Numbered from the stretch's first letter, positions 27,500 through 39,954 are shown. The stretch: DNA of 64,000 nucleotides from an uncultured delta proteobacterium (GCA_963775425.1 CAVZJB010000006.1:96001-160000); one strand, 5' to 3'. Notes: generated by a model not told the origin, from the letters alone. Translations and numbers: made by a program.

Positions 27500-28615
27500 G
27501 CGACTCGCTGCTCGACGCGCTCGCGCGCCCCACCACGCTGTGCGCCTTCTGCCCGAAGATGTGCCGCTCCGCGTGCCCGGTGTCGGAGGCCGAGGGCCGC
27601 GAGACGGTGACGCCCTGGGGGAAGATGTCGCTCGTGCACCTGGCGCGTACGGGGCAGATGGGCTTGTCGACGATCGGCGCGCAGAAGAGCCTCGAGGCGT
27701 GCACGGGCTGCGGCTCGTGCGTCGAGAAGTGCGCACACGGAAACCCCGTGGCGGAGACGCTCTTCTCCGCCCGCGGCGTCGCCAACAGCGAGCGCGCGCA
27801 GCGGCACCGCGCGCAGCTCGAGAGGACCGGCGACGTCAAAGGCCGAAACCACGCCGCCGCGCTCGAGGGCGTGCCGCGGAGCCGCGCGTCGCGCGTCGCG
27901 TACTTCCCCGGCTGCGCGCGCGCGGCCGTCGACGGCGGCGCCGCCGTGCGCAAGGACCTGCGCGCGCTCGCGCGGGCCACCGGGGAGGACGTGGCCGCCT
28001 GCGACATCGGTCCCGCGTCGGGCGTGCAGTGCTGCGGCTATCCGTTGTACGCCGACGGACAGCTCGACGCCGTCGAGGAGAACCTCATGCGCATGGCGGA
28101 GGTCCTCGGCGGACACGAGGTGGTGATCACGCCCGATCCCGGCTGCGCCTACATGCTGTCCACGGTGCAGAGCGTGCTCGTCGGACGGCGCGGCAAGGCG
28201 CGCACGTTCCCCACGGTGATCCCGCTGGTCGAGGCGCTGGCCCAGGGCGCCCACCGCTTCGAGGGCGCCGCCCGCGGCGTCGTCGTGCGCTACCACGACG
28301 CGTGCTACCTGGGCCGCCGCGGCCGCACCTTCGACGCGCCACGCCGCCTGCTCTCGAGCGCCACCGGCCGGCCGCCGCTCGAGTTCTACTTGAACCGCGA
28401 GCACGCCGACTGCAGCGGCGCCGGCGGCCTGTACCCGATGTCGAACCCCGACGGGGCCAAGGCGATCGCCCGGCGCCGCGTCACCCATGACGGCTACGCC
28501 CACGACCCCGCCGAGCTCGTGGTCACCGCGTGCCCCTCGTCGCGCCGGAACTTCCAACGCGCCGGCATCCGCGCGGTGGATCTCGTCGACGTGCTCCTCG
28601 GGGAGCTACCCATGA
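27496..28615 (+). CDS. GlcF/GlpC-like Fe-S oxidoreductase subunit (in-frame stop lost, probable indel near 28610)
   Basis: CAFCPKMCRSACP and CTGCGSCVEKC ferredoxin motifs; CCG domains (YFPGC, QCCG, YHDACYLGR, TACP). The end coordinate is approximate. Confidence 0.82.
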
Positions 28616-28654
28616 GCGTCCGCGTCGCGCGCCCCGCAGCACGAGGTGTCAGCC

Positions 28655-29581
28655 ATGAGCGGCGAGATCGTCTTCATCGTGAACCCGCGGTCCGCAAACG
28701 GCGCGACGCTGCGCCGGTTCGAGCGTGTGCGCGGGCGCTTCGCGCAGGAGCTCGGCGACATCGAGGTGAAGCTCACCGAGCGGCCCCGGCACGCCAGCGA
28801 GCTGAGCCGGGCCGCCGTCGACGGCGGCGCCCGCGCCGTCATCAGCGTCGGCGGCGACGGCACCAACAACGAGGTCGTCAACGGCTTCTTCGACGACGAA
28901 GGGCACGGCGTCGGCGACGGCACCTGCGCCTTCGGCGTGGTCACGAGCGGCACCGGCGGCGACTTCCGCCGCACGTTTTCCTGGAGCACCGAGCCGCTCG
29001 ACGACCTCGCCCGCCTCAAGCGGTTTCAGACGCGCAAGATCGACGTCGGCCGCGTGGTCTTCGCCGACGGCGCCGCCCGCACCTTCGTCAACATCGCCAG
29101 CTTCGGCATGAGCGGCGAGGTCGTCGACGTCGTCAACCACTCGAGCAAGGCGCTCGGCGCCAAGCTCTCCTTCATGCTCGGCTCCGTGCGCACGATGATC
29201 GGGCACAAGCCGCAGGCGGTGCGCATCACGCTCGACGACGGCGAGTCGTGGCAGGACGACGTCACCCTCGTCGCCGTCGCCAACGGCCAGTACTTCGGCG
29301 GCGGCATGTGGATCGCGCCCGAGGCCAAGGTCGACGACGGCCAGTTCGACTGCGTCGCGGTGAGCGGAGGCGGACTGGGATTCTGGTTGCGCGAAGGTCT
29401 CAAGGTGTACGGTGGCAAGCACATCGGACTCCCCGGGGTTCGCGTGTCGCGCTGCAAGAAGGTGCGCGCGGAGCCGCTGCACGCGGGTGAGCGTGTCCTC
29501 GTCGAGATCGACGGGGAGCAGCCCGGCGTCCTGCCTGCCACCTTCGAGATTCTCCCCGGGGCGCTCCCGCTGCTCGTGTAG
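28655..29581 (+). CDS. Diacylglycerol/lipid kinase family protein (YegS/DgkB-like)
   Basis: IVNPRS, VGGDGT.NEV.NG, GTGGDF, NGQYFGGGM and IDGE motifs. Confidence 0.93.
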   Translation: MSGEIVFIVNPRSANGATLRRFERVRGRFAQELGDIEVKLTERPRHASELSRAAVDGGARAVISVGGDGTNNEVVNGFFDDEGHGVGDGTCAFGVVTSGTGGDFRRTFSWSTEPLDDLARLKRFQTRKIDVGRVVFADGAARTFVNIASFGMSGEVVDVVNHSSKALGAKLSFMLGSVRTMIGHKPQAVRITLDDGESWQDDVTLVAVANGQYFGGGMWIAPEAKVDDGQFDCVAVSGGGLGFWLREGLKVYGGKHIGLPGVRVSRCKKVRAEPLHAGERVLVEIDGEQPGVLPATFEILPGALPLLV

Positions 29582-29649
29582 GTCCGCCGACGACGCAGGG
29601 TCCGCGGGTCGCAATTTTGCCCGACGTGGCCGCTCCCCCAGGCCGCAAT

Positions 29650-29664
29650 TGGCACCGGCGACGC
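29650..29664 (+). promoter_or_regulatory. Possible sigma-54 (-24/-12) promoter
   Basis: TGGCACCGGCGACGC has exact GG-N10-GC spacing about 45 bp upstream of the FHA-GAF gene. The -12 box lacks TT. Confidence 0.35.
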
Positions 29665-29707
29665 CGGGTGTGCTTGAATCGGAGCGCGTACGCGTTGGGA
29701 GGCCCTG

Positions 29708-31845
29708 TTGGCCGGATCAAAACAGGAAGCTCGCGCGGCCCCCGCTCAGCCGGGGCCGGCCGGGCAGGGAGCGGGGGTCACGCCCGCTGCGTTCACGCTC
29801 GTCCACTCGGTGATCGGCAAGAAGAGCACGCTCTTTCCGCCGACGCGGCTGATGAACCCGGTGACGTACATCGGGCGCACGCCGGGCAACGACATCATCC
29901 TCGAGAGCGACAACGTCTCCCGCCGCCACGCCAAGCTCGTCGTCGGTGACACCGGGATCACCGTCCACGACCTCGACAGCCACAACGGCATCTTCCTGAA
30001 CGGCAAGAAGGTGCGCTCCACGCCCGTCAATGTCGGCGACCTCCTGTACGTCGCCGACATCTGCATCGAGCTCAAGAAGAGCCCCGACGCCGACCAGTTC
30101 GCGCACCAGCCGTCGCGGATCGCGTCCCATGACGAGATCACCGGGGAGGAGGACCCGGCGGTCCGCTCGCTGGCCACGCTCCTGCGCGCCACCGAGCTCA
30201 TCAGCGGCGACGACGACGAGGCCTGGCCGGTGCAGGCCATCGAGCTGTGCCGCGAGCTCACCGAGGCCACCGTCGCGGTCCTCGTGGCCGTCGACAGCGA
30301 CGGCGCGCTCGAGACGCCGGTGGTGCTGCAGCCGGAGAACAACCGCAAAGGCGAGGTCCCCGTCCTGTGGCCCATCGTCAAGAAGGCGCTGGACGAGGGG
30401 ACCGCGCAGTTCTCGGCGGACATGAGGCGCGAGCCAATCTCCAAAGACGAGTCGGTGGTGAAGAGCGACGTCGGCGCGGTGATGTGCGTGCCGGTGCTCG
30501 TCGACGGCCAGAGCGACGGCGCCGTCTACCTGGCGCGGCCGTCGCCGGGCCAGGTGTTCACCGAGCGCGAGCTCGAGGCCGTCTCCGCCGTCACCCAGCT
30601 CTTCGCGCTGCGGCGCCGGCGCTCGCAGAAGGCCGCGTACGACTTCGAGCCCCACGGCGACATCGTCACCGCCCGCGCCAAAGCCGAGGCCGCAGAGGAG
30701 AAGCTGCGCGAGGCGCAGAGCGACGTGCGCTCGCTCACCGAGCGCATCCACGGCCTCGAGGCCGACGCGCTCAAGCTCCGTCAGCAGATCGACATCGAGA
30801 AGCAGAACGCCGTCGAGGCCAAGCGCGAGGCCGACCGCGGCCGCGCGGAGGCGCACAAGCTCGAGCAGGGGCTGCACAAGACCGACGAGGACGTGAAGAA
30901 GCTGAAGGACGCCCTCGTGCGCAGCGAGGAGGAGCGCCAGCGGCTCAAGGAGACCCTCAAGGAGCGCAACGCGGAGCTCGACAAGCTGCGCGATGCGGTG
31001 AAGCAGAGCGAGGCCGACCAGGAGCAGCTCCGCAGCGAGATCGCCGACCACGTCCGCCGCGGCCAGGCGGGGGACGACGACCTCAAGGCCAGGCTCGACC
31101 AGCTCGAGCAGGAGCGCGCGGCGCACGAGGCCACCAAGAAGGAAGCCGACGAGATGCGCGACGGCTTCGAGAAGGCGGTGGCGGAGCAGGCGGCCACCGT
31201 GGAGTCGCTCAAGCAAGCCATGCGCGCCACGGCGCCGCCCATGCTCGCCGACCACGTCGAGGGCGCGGCCGTCGAGGGAAAGCCCCTCGTCACCGACGTC
31301 GCCACCGGCACCATCGCCGCGCTCTACATCACCCTCCACGGCTTCGACGCGTGGGCGCAGTCGGCCGAGCCGGCCGCGGTGAAGAAGCGGCTCGACCACT
31401 TCTGCAACTCCGTCGCGCTGCGCGCGAAGGCGAACGGCGGCCGCGTGCAGCAGGTGCTCGGCAGCGCCCACCTCGTGGTCTTTCCCGCCGACGCCGCCAG
31501 CGTCCGCGCCGCCGTGCGCTGCGGGCTCGAGATCGAGTCGCTGGTCCCGGTGGAGGACGGCGTGGGCGTCGGTTGCGCGCTCCACGTCGGCGGCTCGTCG
31601 TCGGGCTTCTTCGGCGAGGGCGACAGCGCCACCCTGGTGGAGGCCGGCGAGGCCCTCTCGGTGGCCCGCGGCGTCGGGGCGCTCGCCCACGAGCCGCTGT
31701 TCTACGCCACGCAGGCCGTGCAGAAGCTCGTCACGGGTGATCCCACCTTCGCCTTCGCCATCGCCGGCCCCGCCGCGCTGGTCGGCGGACCCACGGTCTT
31801 GCTCTTCAGGGTATCCTCGGCGGAAGGCGCGGGAGGGGGCGCCGC

Positions 31846-31849
<4 letters not shown>
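29708..31849 (+). CDS. FHA-GAF-coiled-coil protein with a degenerate class III nucleotide cyclase domain
   Basis: IGRTPGND...VSRRHA...SHNG (FHA), AVMCVPV...GAVYL...FTERELE (GAF), long E/K/Q/R heptads, cyclase-fold C-terminus. GGGAGG RBS before the TTG start. Confidence 0.82.
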
Positions 31850-33939
<2,090 letters not shown>

Positions 33940-33953
33940 ACCGCGGCCGCGCC

Positions 33954-34013
33954 CGATCCAAGCGGCGATCCAAGCGGCGATCCAAGCGGCGATCCAAGCG
34001 GCGATCCAGGCGG
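33954..34013. repeat. 12-bp tandem repeat, 5 copies
   Basis: (cgatccaagcgg)x4 plus cgatccaggcgg, between convergent genes. Confidence 0.92.
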
Positions 34014-34038
34014 GCGCGAGCCCCCTAAACCGACGGCG

Positions 34039-34482
34039 TCACTCGACGGTGATCGGGACGGTCACGCGATCCGTCATGCGCTGGCACCAGGCGTCGGTGC
34101 AGATGAAGAAGCTCACCTTGGCGTCGATGGACGCCGCGCCCGCCTTGCCCGCGCGGAACGTGGTGCGCACCTCGGGGGCGGCGCTCTTCTTGTCGACGAT
34201 ATCGCCGCGGCTGAGCTTCGGCTTTTGCGGCGTCACGCCCTTGGCGTTTTCGAACACGACGTCGAGGGGCGCCTCCGGGTGGATCTTCTTGCCGTTCTTC
34301 GGCCGGATGACGAGGTCGAACTTGCCGGTGGCGCCGGCCTTGACCGTGGTGTCCGTGCCGCTGAGGTCGAGGGTGTAGTCGTCCTTGGTGGCCTTCTCTT
34401 CGGCGGCGGGCGCGGCGTTCACGGGGCCGGCGGCGGCGAGGGGCGCGGCGGCGAGGGCGAGGGCGAGGGCGATGCGGTTCAT
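34039..34482 (-). CDS. Secreted Ig-like protein with C-x4-C (DsbD N-terminal-like)
   Basis: Signal peptide MNRIALALALAAAPLAAA; FFICTDAWCQR near the C-terminus. Confidence 0.7.
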   Translation of the reverse strand: MNRIALALALAAAPLAAAGPVNAAPAAEEKATKDDYTLDLSGTDTTVKAGATGKFDLVIRPKNGKKIHPEAPLDVVFENAKGVTPQKPKLSRGDIVDKKSAAPEVRTTFRAGKAGAASIDAKVSFFICTDAWCQRMTDRVTVPITVE

Positions 34483-34538
34483 GGAGCTCCTCACGGTTCG
34501 GACGCGCAGGCGCCCGGTTTGATTCAAAGGCGGTCGCC

Positions 34539-35559
34539 TCATTCGAGGGCGGCGCCGAGCCTCTCGATGAGCGCCCGGGCGTCCGGTGTCAGGGCTTTCG
34601 GCACGCGCAACTGGACGGTGACGAGGACGTCGCCGGCCTTGTCACCGCCGAGCCGCGGCATGCCGCGGCCGCGGATGCGGAACACCTGCCCCCCCTGCGT
34701 GCCGGCGGGGATGGTCATGACCGCGCTGCCGTCGGGGAGGGGGACCTCGGCGCGCCCGCCGAGCAAGGCGTCCTTGATGCCGATGCGCAGCGTGGTCTTC
34801 AGAATCGGCGCCGCTGCGCTCGAAGCGCGCGTCGCCGCCGACGTCGACGACGACGTAGAGGTCGCCGGGCGCGCCGCCGTTCTTCCCCGCTTCGCCGCGG
34901 CCCTTCAGGCGGAGCTTGGTGCCGGTGTCGACGCCGGCGGGCACCGTGACCTTGAGGCGCTCCTTCTCGCGGCGCGTGCCCTCGCCCGCGCACGCCTTGC
35001 ACGTGTAGCGGCGGATGGTGCCGAGGCCGTCGCAGCGCGGGCAGGTGCGCTTGAGCGGGAACGTGCCCCCTTTGGTGCCCGTGCCGTCGCACGCCGGGCA
35101 GGTCTCCGGGGGCTTGTCCTTCGGGTAGCCCTTGCCGTCGCAGGTGGCGCAGGGGCGGCCGAGCTCCATCTCGAGCATCTTGTCGCAGCCCGTCGCGGCC
35201 TCGGTGAGCGTGATGTCGAGGGTGTGCTCGACGTCGACGCCGGGCTCCGGCCCGGCGTTGCGCTTCTGGTTCCTGCGCAGCACCTCGCTGAACGCGTCGG
35301 CGAAGCCGGCGAACGGCGGGTCCGGCGCCGACGACGACGACGGCGCGCCGAACAGGTCGTAGCTCCGGCGCCGCTTGGGATCCGAGAGGACGTCGTAGGC
35401 CTCGGTGATGAGCTTGAAGCGCTCCGTGGACTTCGGGTCGTCGCCGGTGACGTCCGGGTGGAGCTGGCGCGCGAGCTTGCGGTAGGCGCGCTTGATCTCG
35501 GCTTCGCTGGCTCCCTTGGGGACGCCGAGGGTGCGGTAGTAATCACGGACGGCAGCCAC
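34539..35559 (-). CDS. dnaJ: DnaJ-class chaperone, apparent frameshift (extra base) near 34804
   Basis: DYYRTLGV, HPD, four CxxCxGxG repeats and GDLYV. Removing one T in GATTCTGAAG restores ADLKTTLRIGIKDALLGG...IPAGTQ. Confidence 0.88.
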
Positions 35560-35621
35560 GGCGGAAACGTAAGGCAGGCGACGTCGACGCGCCACCCCCG
35601 GCCGTGACATGTTGGGCGCCG

Positions 35622-36614
35622 ATGACCGACGGTTGGGACGAGCGCACCGAGGCGATCCCGGGCCACAAGGGCGACAAGTCCTTCGAGCTCGAGCTCGACT
35701 TCGACGAGGACGTCGAGCTCGAGGAGACGCAGGCGCTGCAACGCCCGACCGTCGTCGTCTTCGAGCCCGCCCCCATCGGGCTCGCCCACGCGCTCTCGGT
35801 CCTCGGGTACTCGGTGCAAAAGGGCGTCACCGGCGTCGACGTCATGGGCCTCGTGGCGTCGCAGGCGCCGGCCGTCGTCGTGTGCGCGCCGGCGCCCGAC
35901 CCGGAGCGGCGGCGCCTGCTGGCAGCCGCGCTGCGCCTGCGCTTTCCGGGGCTGCCCGTGATCTACGTGTCCACGCACGCGCGGCAGGAGGAGGCCGTCG
36001 TCGGCGCCGTGCGCGAGGGCGCGCGCGCGGTCATCGCGTGGCCGCTGCCGGCGTCCGAGGACGTCGCCCGCGTCCTCGGCCCGTACGTGCAGGCGGACGG
36101 CGCGCTCGCCGTCGACGAGGACGCGATGGTCACGCCGCCGCGACCGCTCACCCGCCCCCGGGACCTGCGCCGCCCGCCGCCCCGCGGCGCCGGCACGCTC
36201 GTGGAAAAGACCGCGCCGGCGTCGTCCGAGGACGCTTCGTTCGAAGACGTGGCCACCCAGGTGACCTCGCCGCCACCGCCGCCGGAGCTGCCGGCGAGCG
36301 CGCTCAGGCCGATGCCGGTGTCCCTCCCGTCCAACCGCAACCTGCTGTTGGGCTCCGACGAGCCCAACACCCAGCCGAACCTGCGCCCAGCCGCCGTCGT
36401 CGCCGAGGAGGCCGCCGCCGACAAGCGCGGCGAGATCGGCCAGCTCCTCGCGGCGGTCTCGCCGTTTTTGTGGTCCCTCGAGGACGCCGCGCGCTGGGCC
36501 GAGGGCCTCGCCGACGCCGGCGACTCCGCCGCACGGAACCACGCGCGCGCGATGCACCTGCTGGCCAAGATCCTCGCCCAGCTCCAGGCCCGCATCGACG
36601 AGACCGGCGCCTAG
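35622..36614 (+). CDS. Pseudo-receiver domain protein with Pro-rich linker and helical C-terminus
   Basis: Receiver-like fold (VVVFEP, PAVVVC, PVIYVS, GARAVIAWP) lacking the acidic pocket and phospho-Asp. Confidence 0.65.
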   Translation: MTDGWDERTEAIPGHKGDKSFELELDFDEDVELEETQALQRPTVVVFEPAPIGLAHALSVLGYSVQKGVTGVDVMGLVASQAPAVVVCAPAPDPERRRLLAAALRLRFPGLPVIYVSTHARQEEAVVGAVREGARAVIAWPLPASEDVARVLGPYVQADGALAVDEDAMVTPPRPLTRPRDLRRPPPRGAGTLVEKTAPASSEDASFEDVATQVTSPPPPPELPASALRPMPVSLPSNRNLLLGSDEPNTQPNLRPAAVVAEEAAADKRGEIGQLLAAVSPFLWSLEDAARWAEGLADAGDSAARNHARAMHLLAKILAQLQARIDETGA

Positions 36615-38090
36615 CTACAGCACGACCTTCTGCCAGCCGCCGGACCAGAACTTGATCCCGGTGGCCGTCAGCAAGGCCGCGGCGTAGCAGGCGGTGGCGT
36701 ACCAGCAGCCGATGAGGCCCTGGTCGAGGACGATGGCGAAGACGTACGCGAGCGGGACGAGACACGTGAAGTGCAGCGTGAACTCGACCACCATGACGAA
36801 GCGCGACTTGCCGGCGCCGTAGAGCGCCTGTGTCAACACGAGGGCGCCGGCGGCGAGGGGGGCGATGACGCCGCAGAAGCGCAGGCTGCGGGTGGCGATG
36901 ACGATGACGGCGTCCTTGAGCGCCTCGTTGCGCGTGGCGTCGGCGGGCATGAACAGGCGCAGCACAGGCTCGGGGAACAGCGACAACAGCACGCCGACGC
37001 CGGACATGACGAGCACGATGACCAGGACGCTCTGCCACCCGTAGCGCGCGGCGAGGCCCGGCTTCTTGGCGCCGAGCGACTGTGACACCAGCGTGGCCGT
37101 CGACGTGCCGAACGCGATGCACGTCATGAAGATCACCATGGTGACGCTGATGATGAGCTGTGTCGCCGACGTGTTCACGCCCGCGAGGTGCTCGCGCGCG
37201 TCGATCTGCCCCACGATGCCGTAGAACAGCAGGAAGCCCGTCATCACGAAGGTGGTCGCGCAGCCCGAGAAGAACGACAGGCGCGCGACGGTTCGCGCGA
37301 TCTCTCCGTCGAGGTTCTTCATGCGAAAGACGCGGAACTGCCGGCGGTCTTCGGCGCGCAGCGCCCACATGAGCATCATGATCGTGCCCGCGGAGCTCGC
37401 GATGACCGCGGCCCAGGCGGCGCCGACGACCTCGAGGCGCGGCGCGCCGAGGTGGCCGAACACGAACACCCAGCACAAAAGCGCGTTCAGGATGTTCATC
37501 AGGATGGCGACGGTCATGTGCACGCGCACCCGGCCGATGCCGTCGTAGAAGCTCTTCATCGACGTGATGAGCACGAGCGGGATGATGCCGAGCAGGCGGA
37601 CCCGGCAAAACGACACGCCCAGCTCGCGCACCTCTTCGTCCGCGGAGAGGTGCTTGATGATCATGGGACACACGGCCAGCGCCACCGCGGTCACCAGCAC
37701 CGACGAGATGGTCGCGAGCGCGAGCGAGTTGCTGAGGACGCGGCCCGCGCCGGTGACGTCGCCGCCGCCGTAGCGGCGCGCGGTGAGCGCCTGCGTGCCG
37801 ACGGCGATGGCGGAGAGGAAGCCGCCGAAGCCCCAGTAGATGATGATGGAGAAGCCGAGCGCGGCGGTGCCGGCGACGGCGGTGCGCTCCGGCAGCCTGC
37901 CGACGAAGATGGTGTCCACCTGGTTGATCGCGGTCTGCGTGAGCATGCCGATGATGACCGGCAGCCCGAGGGCGATGATGCGCTTGAGGAGCACCGGCTC
38001 GAAAAAGAGCACCCGTGCTGTGAGGCCGGGATCGCTCACCAGCGTCGACGGAACGGTGCCTACGAGGGCGGTTGTCGACGGTTGCTCCAC
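36615..38090 (-). CDS. MATE family efflux transporter
   Basis: VDTIFVGRL, NILNALL...FG..GAP.L.V.GAA.A and LVSQSLGA motifs; about 12 hydrophobic segments. Confidence 0.93.
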   Translation of the reverse strand: MEQPSTTALVGTVPSTLVSDPGLTARVLFFEPVLLKRIIALGLPVIIGMLTQTAINQVDTIFVGRLPERTAVAGTAALGFSIIIYWGFGGFLSAIAVGTQALTARRYGGGDVTGAGRVLSNSLALATISSVLVTAVALAVCPMIIKHLSADEEVRELGVSFCRVRLLGIIPLVLITSMKSFYDGIGRVRVHMTVAILMNILNALLCWVFVFGHLGAPRLEVVGAAWAAVIASSAGTIMMLMWALRAEDRRQFRVFRMKNLDGEIARTVARLSFFSGCATTFVMTGFLLFYGIVGQIDAREHLAGVNTSATQLIISVTMVIFMTCIAFGTSTATLVSQSLGAKKPGLAARYGWQSVLVIVLVMSGVGVLLSLFPEPVLRLFMPADATRNEALKDAVIVIATRSLRFCGVIAPLAAGALVLTQALYGAGKSRFVMVVEFTLHFTCLVPLAYVFAIVLDQGLIGCWYATACYAAALLTATGIKFWSGGWQKVVL

Positions 38091-38250
38091 GCGTCCGCTG
38101 TCCTATCCGACGGGTCGCCGGCCGGCAAGCAGCGCGGCGGAGCGGAATGAACAACAGCGACGGAGGTTTATCGCCGCGCACGGATTTTTTCCGGTTGCGG
38201 TGTGGAGGAATCTGGCCGTACGGTGCCCGCGCAAGATCAGGGGTTTGTCG

Positions 38251-38994
38251 ATGTCGCATGCCTGCCGGTTGGCCGCTCTCGCCCTCGCCCTCTCCCTCGG
38301 TGGCGCCTTCCTGGCCGCCTGTCCCGGGCCGGAGTACCCGAAGTGCGAAAAGGACGACCAGTGCAAGAAGAACAAGGACGGCAAGGCCATCAACGAGTAC
38401 TGCCTGTTCGGCAAGTGCCAGCAGTGCGCGAAGGACTCGCACTGCGCCGCCGGTGAGCGCTGCAACAAGGGGCGCTGCGAGAAGGCGTGCACGGCGGACA
38501 CCCAGTGCGGCGCCGGTCAGATCTGCGAGGAGGCCGCGTGTGTCCCGGCCCAGTGCGGACCCTCCAAGCCCTGTGGCGGCGGCATGAGCTGCGACGCGGG
38601 CCGCTGCAAGGCGCCGACGACGACGCCGACGACGACGACGGACACCGGCACGGCGGTCGACTGCCAGAAGAAGCAGACGGTGCACTTCGACTTCAACATG
38701 TCGGATCTGCAGCCCCAGGCCCGCGAGGTCCTCGACACGTTCGCCAAGTGCATGCAGAAGAACGCGGACTGGAAGCTCACCATCGAGGGCCACTGCGACG
38801 AGCGCGGCACCACGGACTACAACCTCGCCCTCGGAGAGCGCCGCGCGAGCTCCGTGAAGGACTACATGGCGCGCCTGGGCGTCGAGAAGTCGCGCATCAA
38901 GACCATCTCCTACGGCGAGGAGAAGCCCCTCGATCCGGCGTCCACCGAGGCGGCGTGGGCGAAGAACAGGCGCGCCGAGCTGGTGGTGCAGTGA
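38251..38994 (+). CDS. pal: Peptidoglycan-associated lipoprotein (OmpA-C) with Cys-rich N-terminal repeats
   Basis: Lipobox LAAC; VHFDFN, IEGHCDERGTTDYNLALGERRA, SYGEEKP and NRRAE motifs; directly upstream of cpoB. Confidence 0.9.
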   Translation: MSHACRLAALALALSLGGAFLAACPGPEYPKCEKDDQCKKNKDGKAINEYCLFGKCQQCAKDSHCAAGERCNKGRCEKACTADTQCGAGQICEEAACVPAQCGPSKPCGGGMSCDAGRCKAPTTTPTTTTDTGTAVDCQKKQTVHFDFNMSDLQPQAREVLDTFAKCMQKNADWKLTIEGHCDERGTTDYNLALGERRASSVKDYMARLGVEKSRIKTISYGEEKPLDPASTEAAWAKNRRAELVVQ

Positions 38995-39878
38995 CCCGTC
39001 TTTGGCGCGTGTGCTGCGCGGCGGCTGCGTCGGCGGCGATCGTCGCCGGGGGCTGCGTGACGACGAGGGCGGAGGGCGAGACCCTCAAGCGCGACATCGC
39101 CGCGCTCAAGAGCCAGGTCGCCGCGGTGCAGCGCCAGGAGTCGGACGCAAAGACCAAGGATCGCGCGCAGCTCGACGAGCTCGACAAGCGCGTCGCCGCG
39201 CTCGAGCAGACGCTGTCCACGCTCAGGCAGGCCGACGCCGACACCGGTGTGCAGCTCGACAAGGTGGTCGCCGAGGTGCAGTCCCTGCGCGGCGACGTCG
39301 AGACCGCCAAGCACGGCCTCGAGGAGACGACGGCGTCGGTGCAGAGCATCCTCGCGCACCCGCCGGTGGCGGTGGCCGCGGGCGGTGCCACGGCGCCCAA
39401 GGAGGCCGACCCGAACAAGCCGGTGACCATCGCCGGCCAGGAAGTGCCCGCGGACGCCAAGGCGCACTACGACTTCGCGAAGAAGCTCTACGACGAAAAG
39501 AAGTTCCAGGACGCCGCCGACGCGTTCGACCTCTTCCTGCGCCGCCACAGCGCGGACGCGCCCGACTTCAAGACCAACGCCGCCTACTGGAAGGCCGACA
39601 GCACCTACCAGCTCGCGGACTCGTTGAAGGATCCCGAGGCCAAGAAGAAGGCGCTCAAGCAGGCCATCCTCGCGTACCAGACGGTGCTCGAGGACCCGAA
39701 GAGCAAGAAGGCCGACGTCGCCCTCTACAAGGTGGGCCAGGCCTTCGAGGACCTCGAGTTCAAGGACGAGGCCGGCACGTTCTACGAGGAGCTCTTGAAG
39801 AAGTACCCCAAGAGCATCTACGCCAAGGACGCCAAGTCCCGGCTGCGCAAGCTCAAGCGCTCCCGCCACCACCGCTGA
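38991..39878 (+). CDS. cpoB: Tol-Pal-associated coiled-coil/TPR protein (CpoB/YbgF-like lipoprotein)
   Basis: Lipobox-like AGGC, coiled coil, TPRs (NAAYW, ALYKVG, KYPKS); GTG overlaps the pal stop. Confidence 0.82.
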   Translation: MTRLWRVCCAAAASAAIVAGGCVTTRAEGETLKRDIAALKSQVAAVQRQESDAKTKDRAQLDELDKRVAALEQTLSTLRQADADTGVQLDKVVAEVQSLRGDVETAKHGLEETTASVQSILAHPPVAVAAGGATAPKEADPNKPVTIAGQEVPADAKAHYDFAKKLYDEKKFQDAADAFDLFLRRHSADAPDFKTNAAYWKADSTYQLADSLKDPEAKKKALKQAILAYQTVLEDPKSKKADVALYKVGQAFEDLEFKDEAGTFYEELLKKYPKSIYAKDAKSRLRKLKRSRHHR

Positions 39879-39946
39879 TCAAGCGCGGCCGCTCCCTCCG
39901 GTCGCTGATCAAGCGCGGCCGCTCCCTCCGGTCGCTGATCAAGCGC
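39873..39946. repeat. 30-bp tandem repeat, about 2.5 copies
   Basis: cgctgatcaagcgcggccgctccctccggt x2 plus cgctgatcaagcgc, beginning at the cpoB stop codon. Confidence 0.92.
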
Positions 39947-39954
39947 AGAGCGGG

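Noticed and set aside
26914-29490. 858 aa Fe-S protein with a long extension
   Set aside because: Both flanks are off-frame Arg-rich text overlapping real genes; the missing stop is best explained by an indel near 28610.
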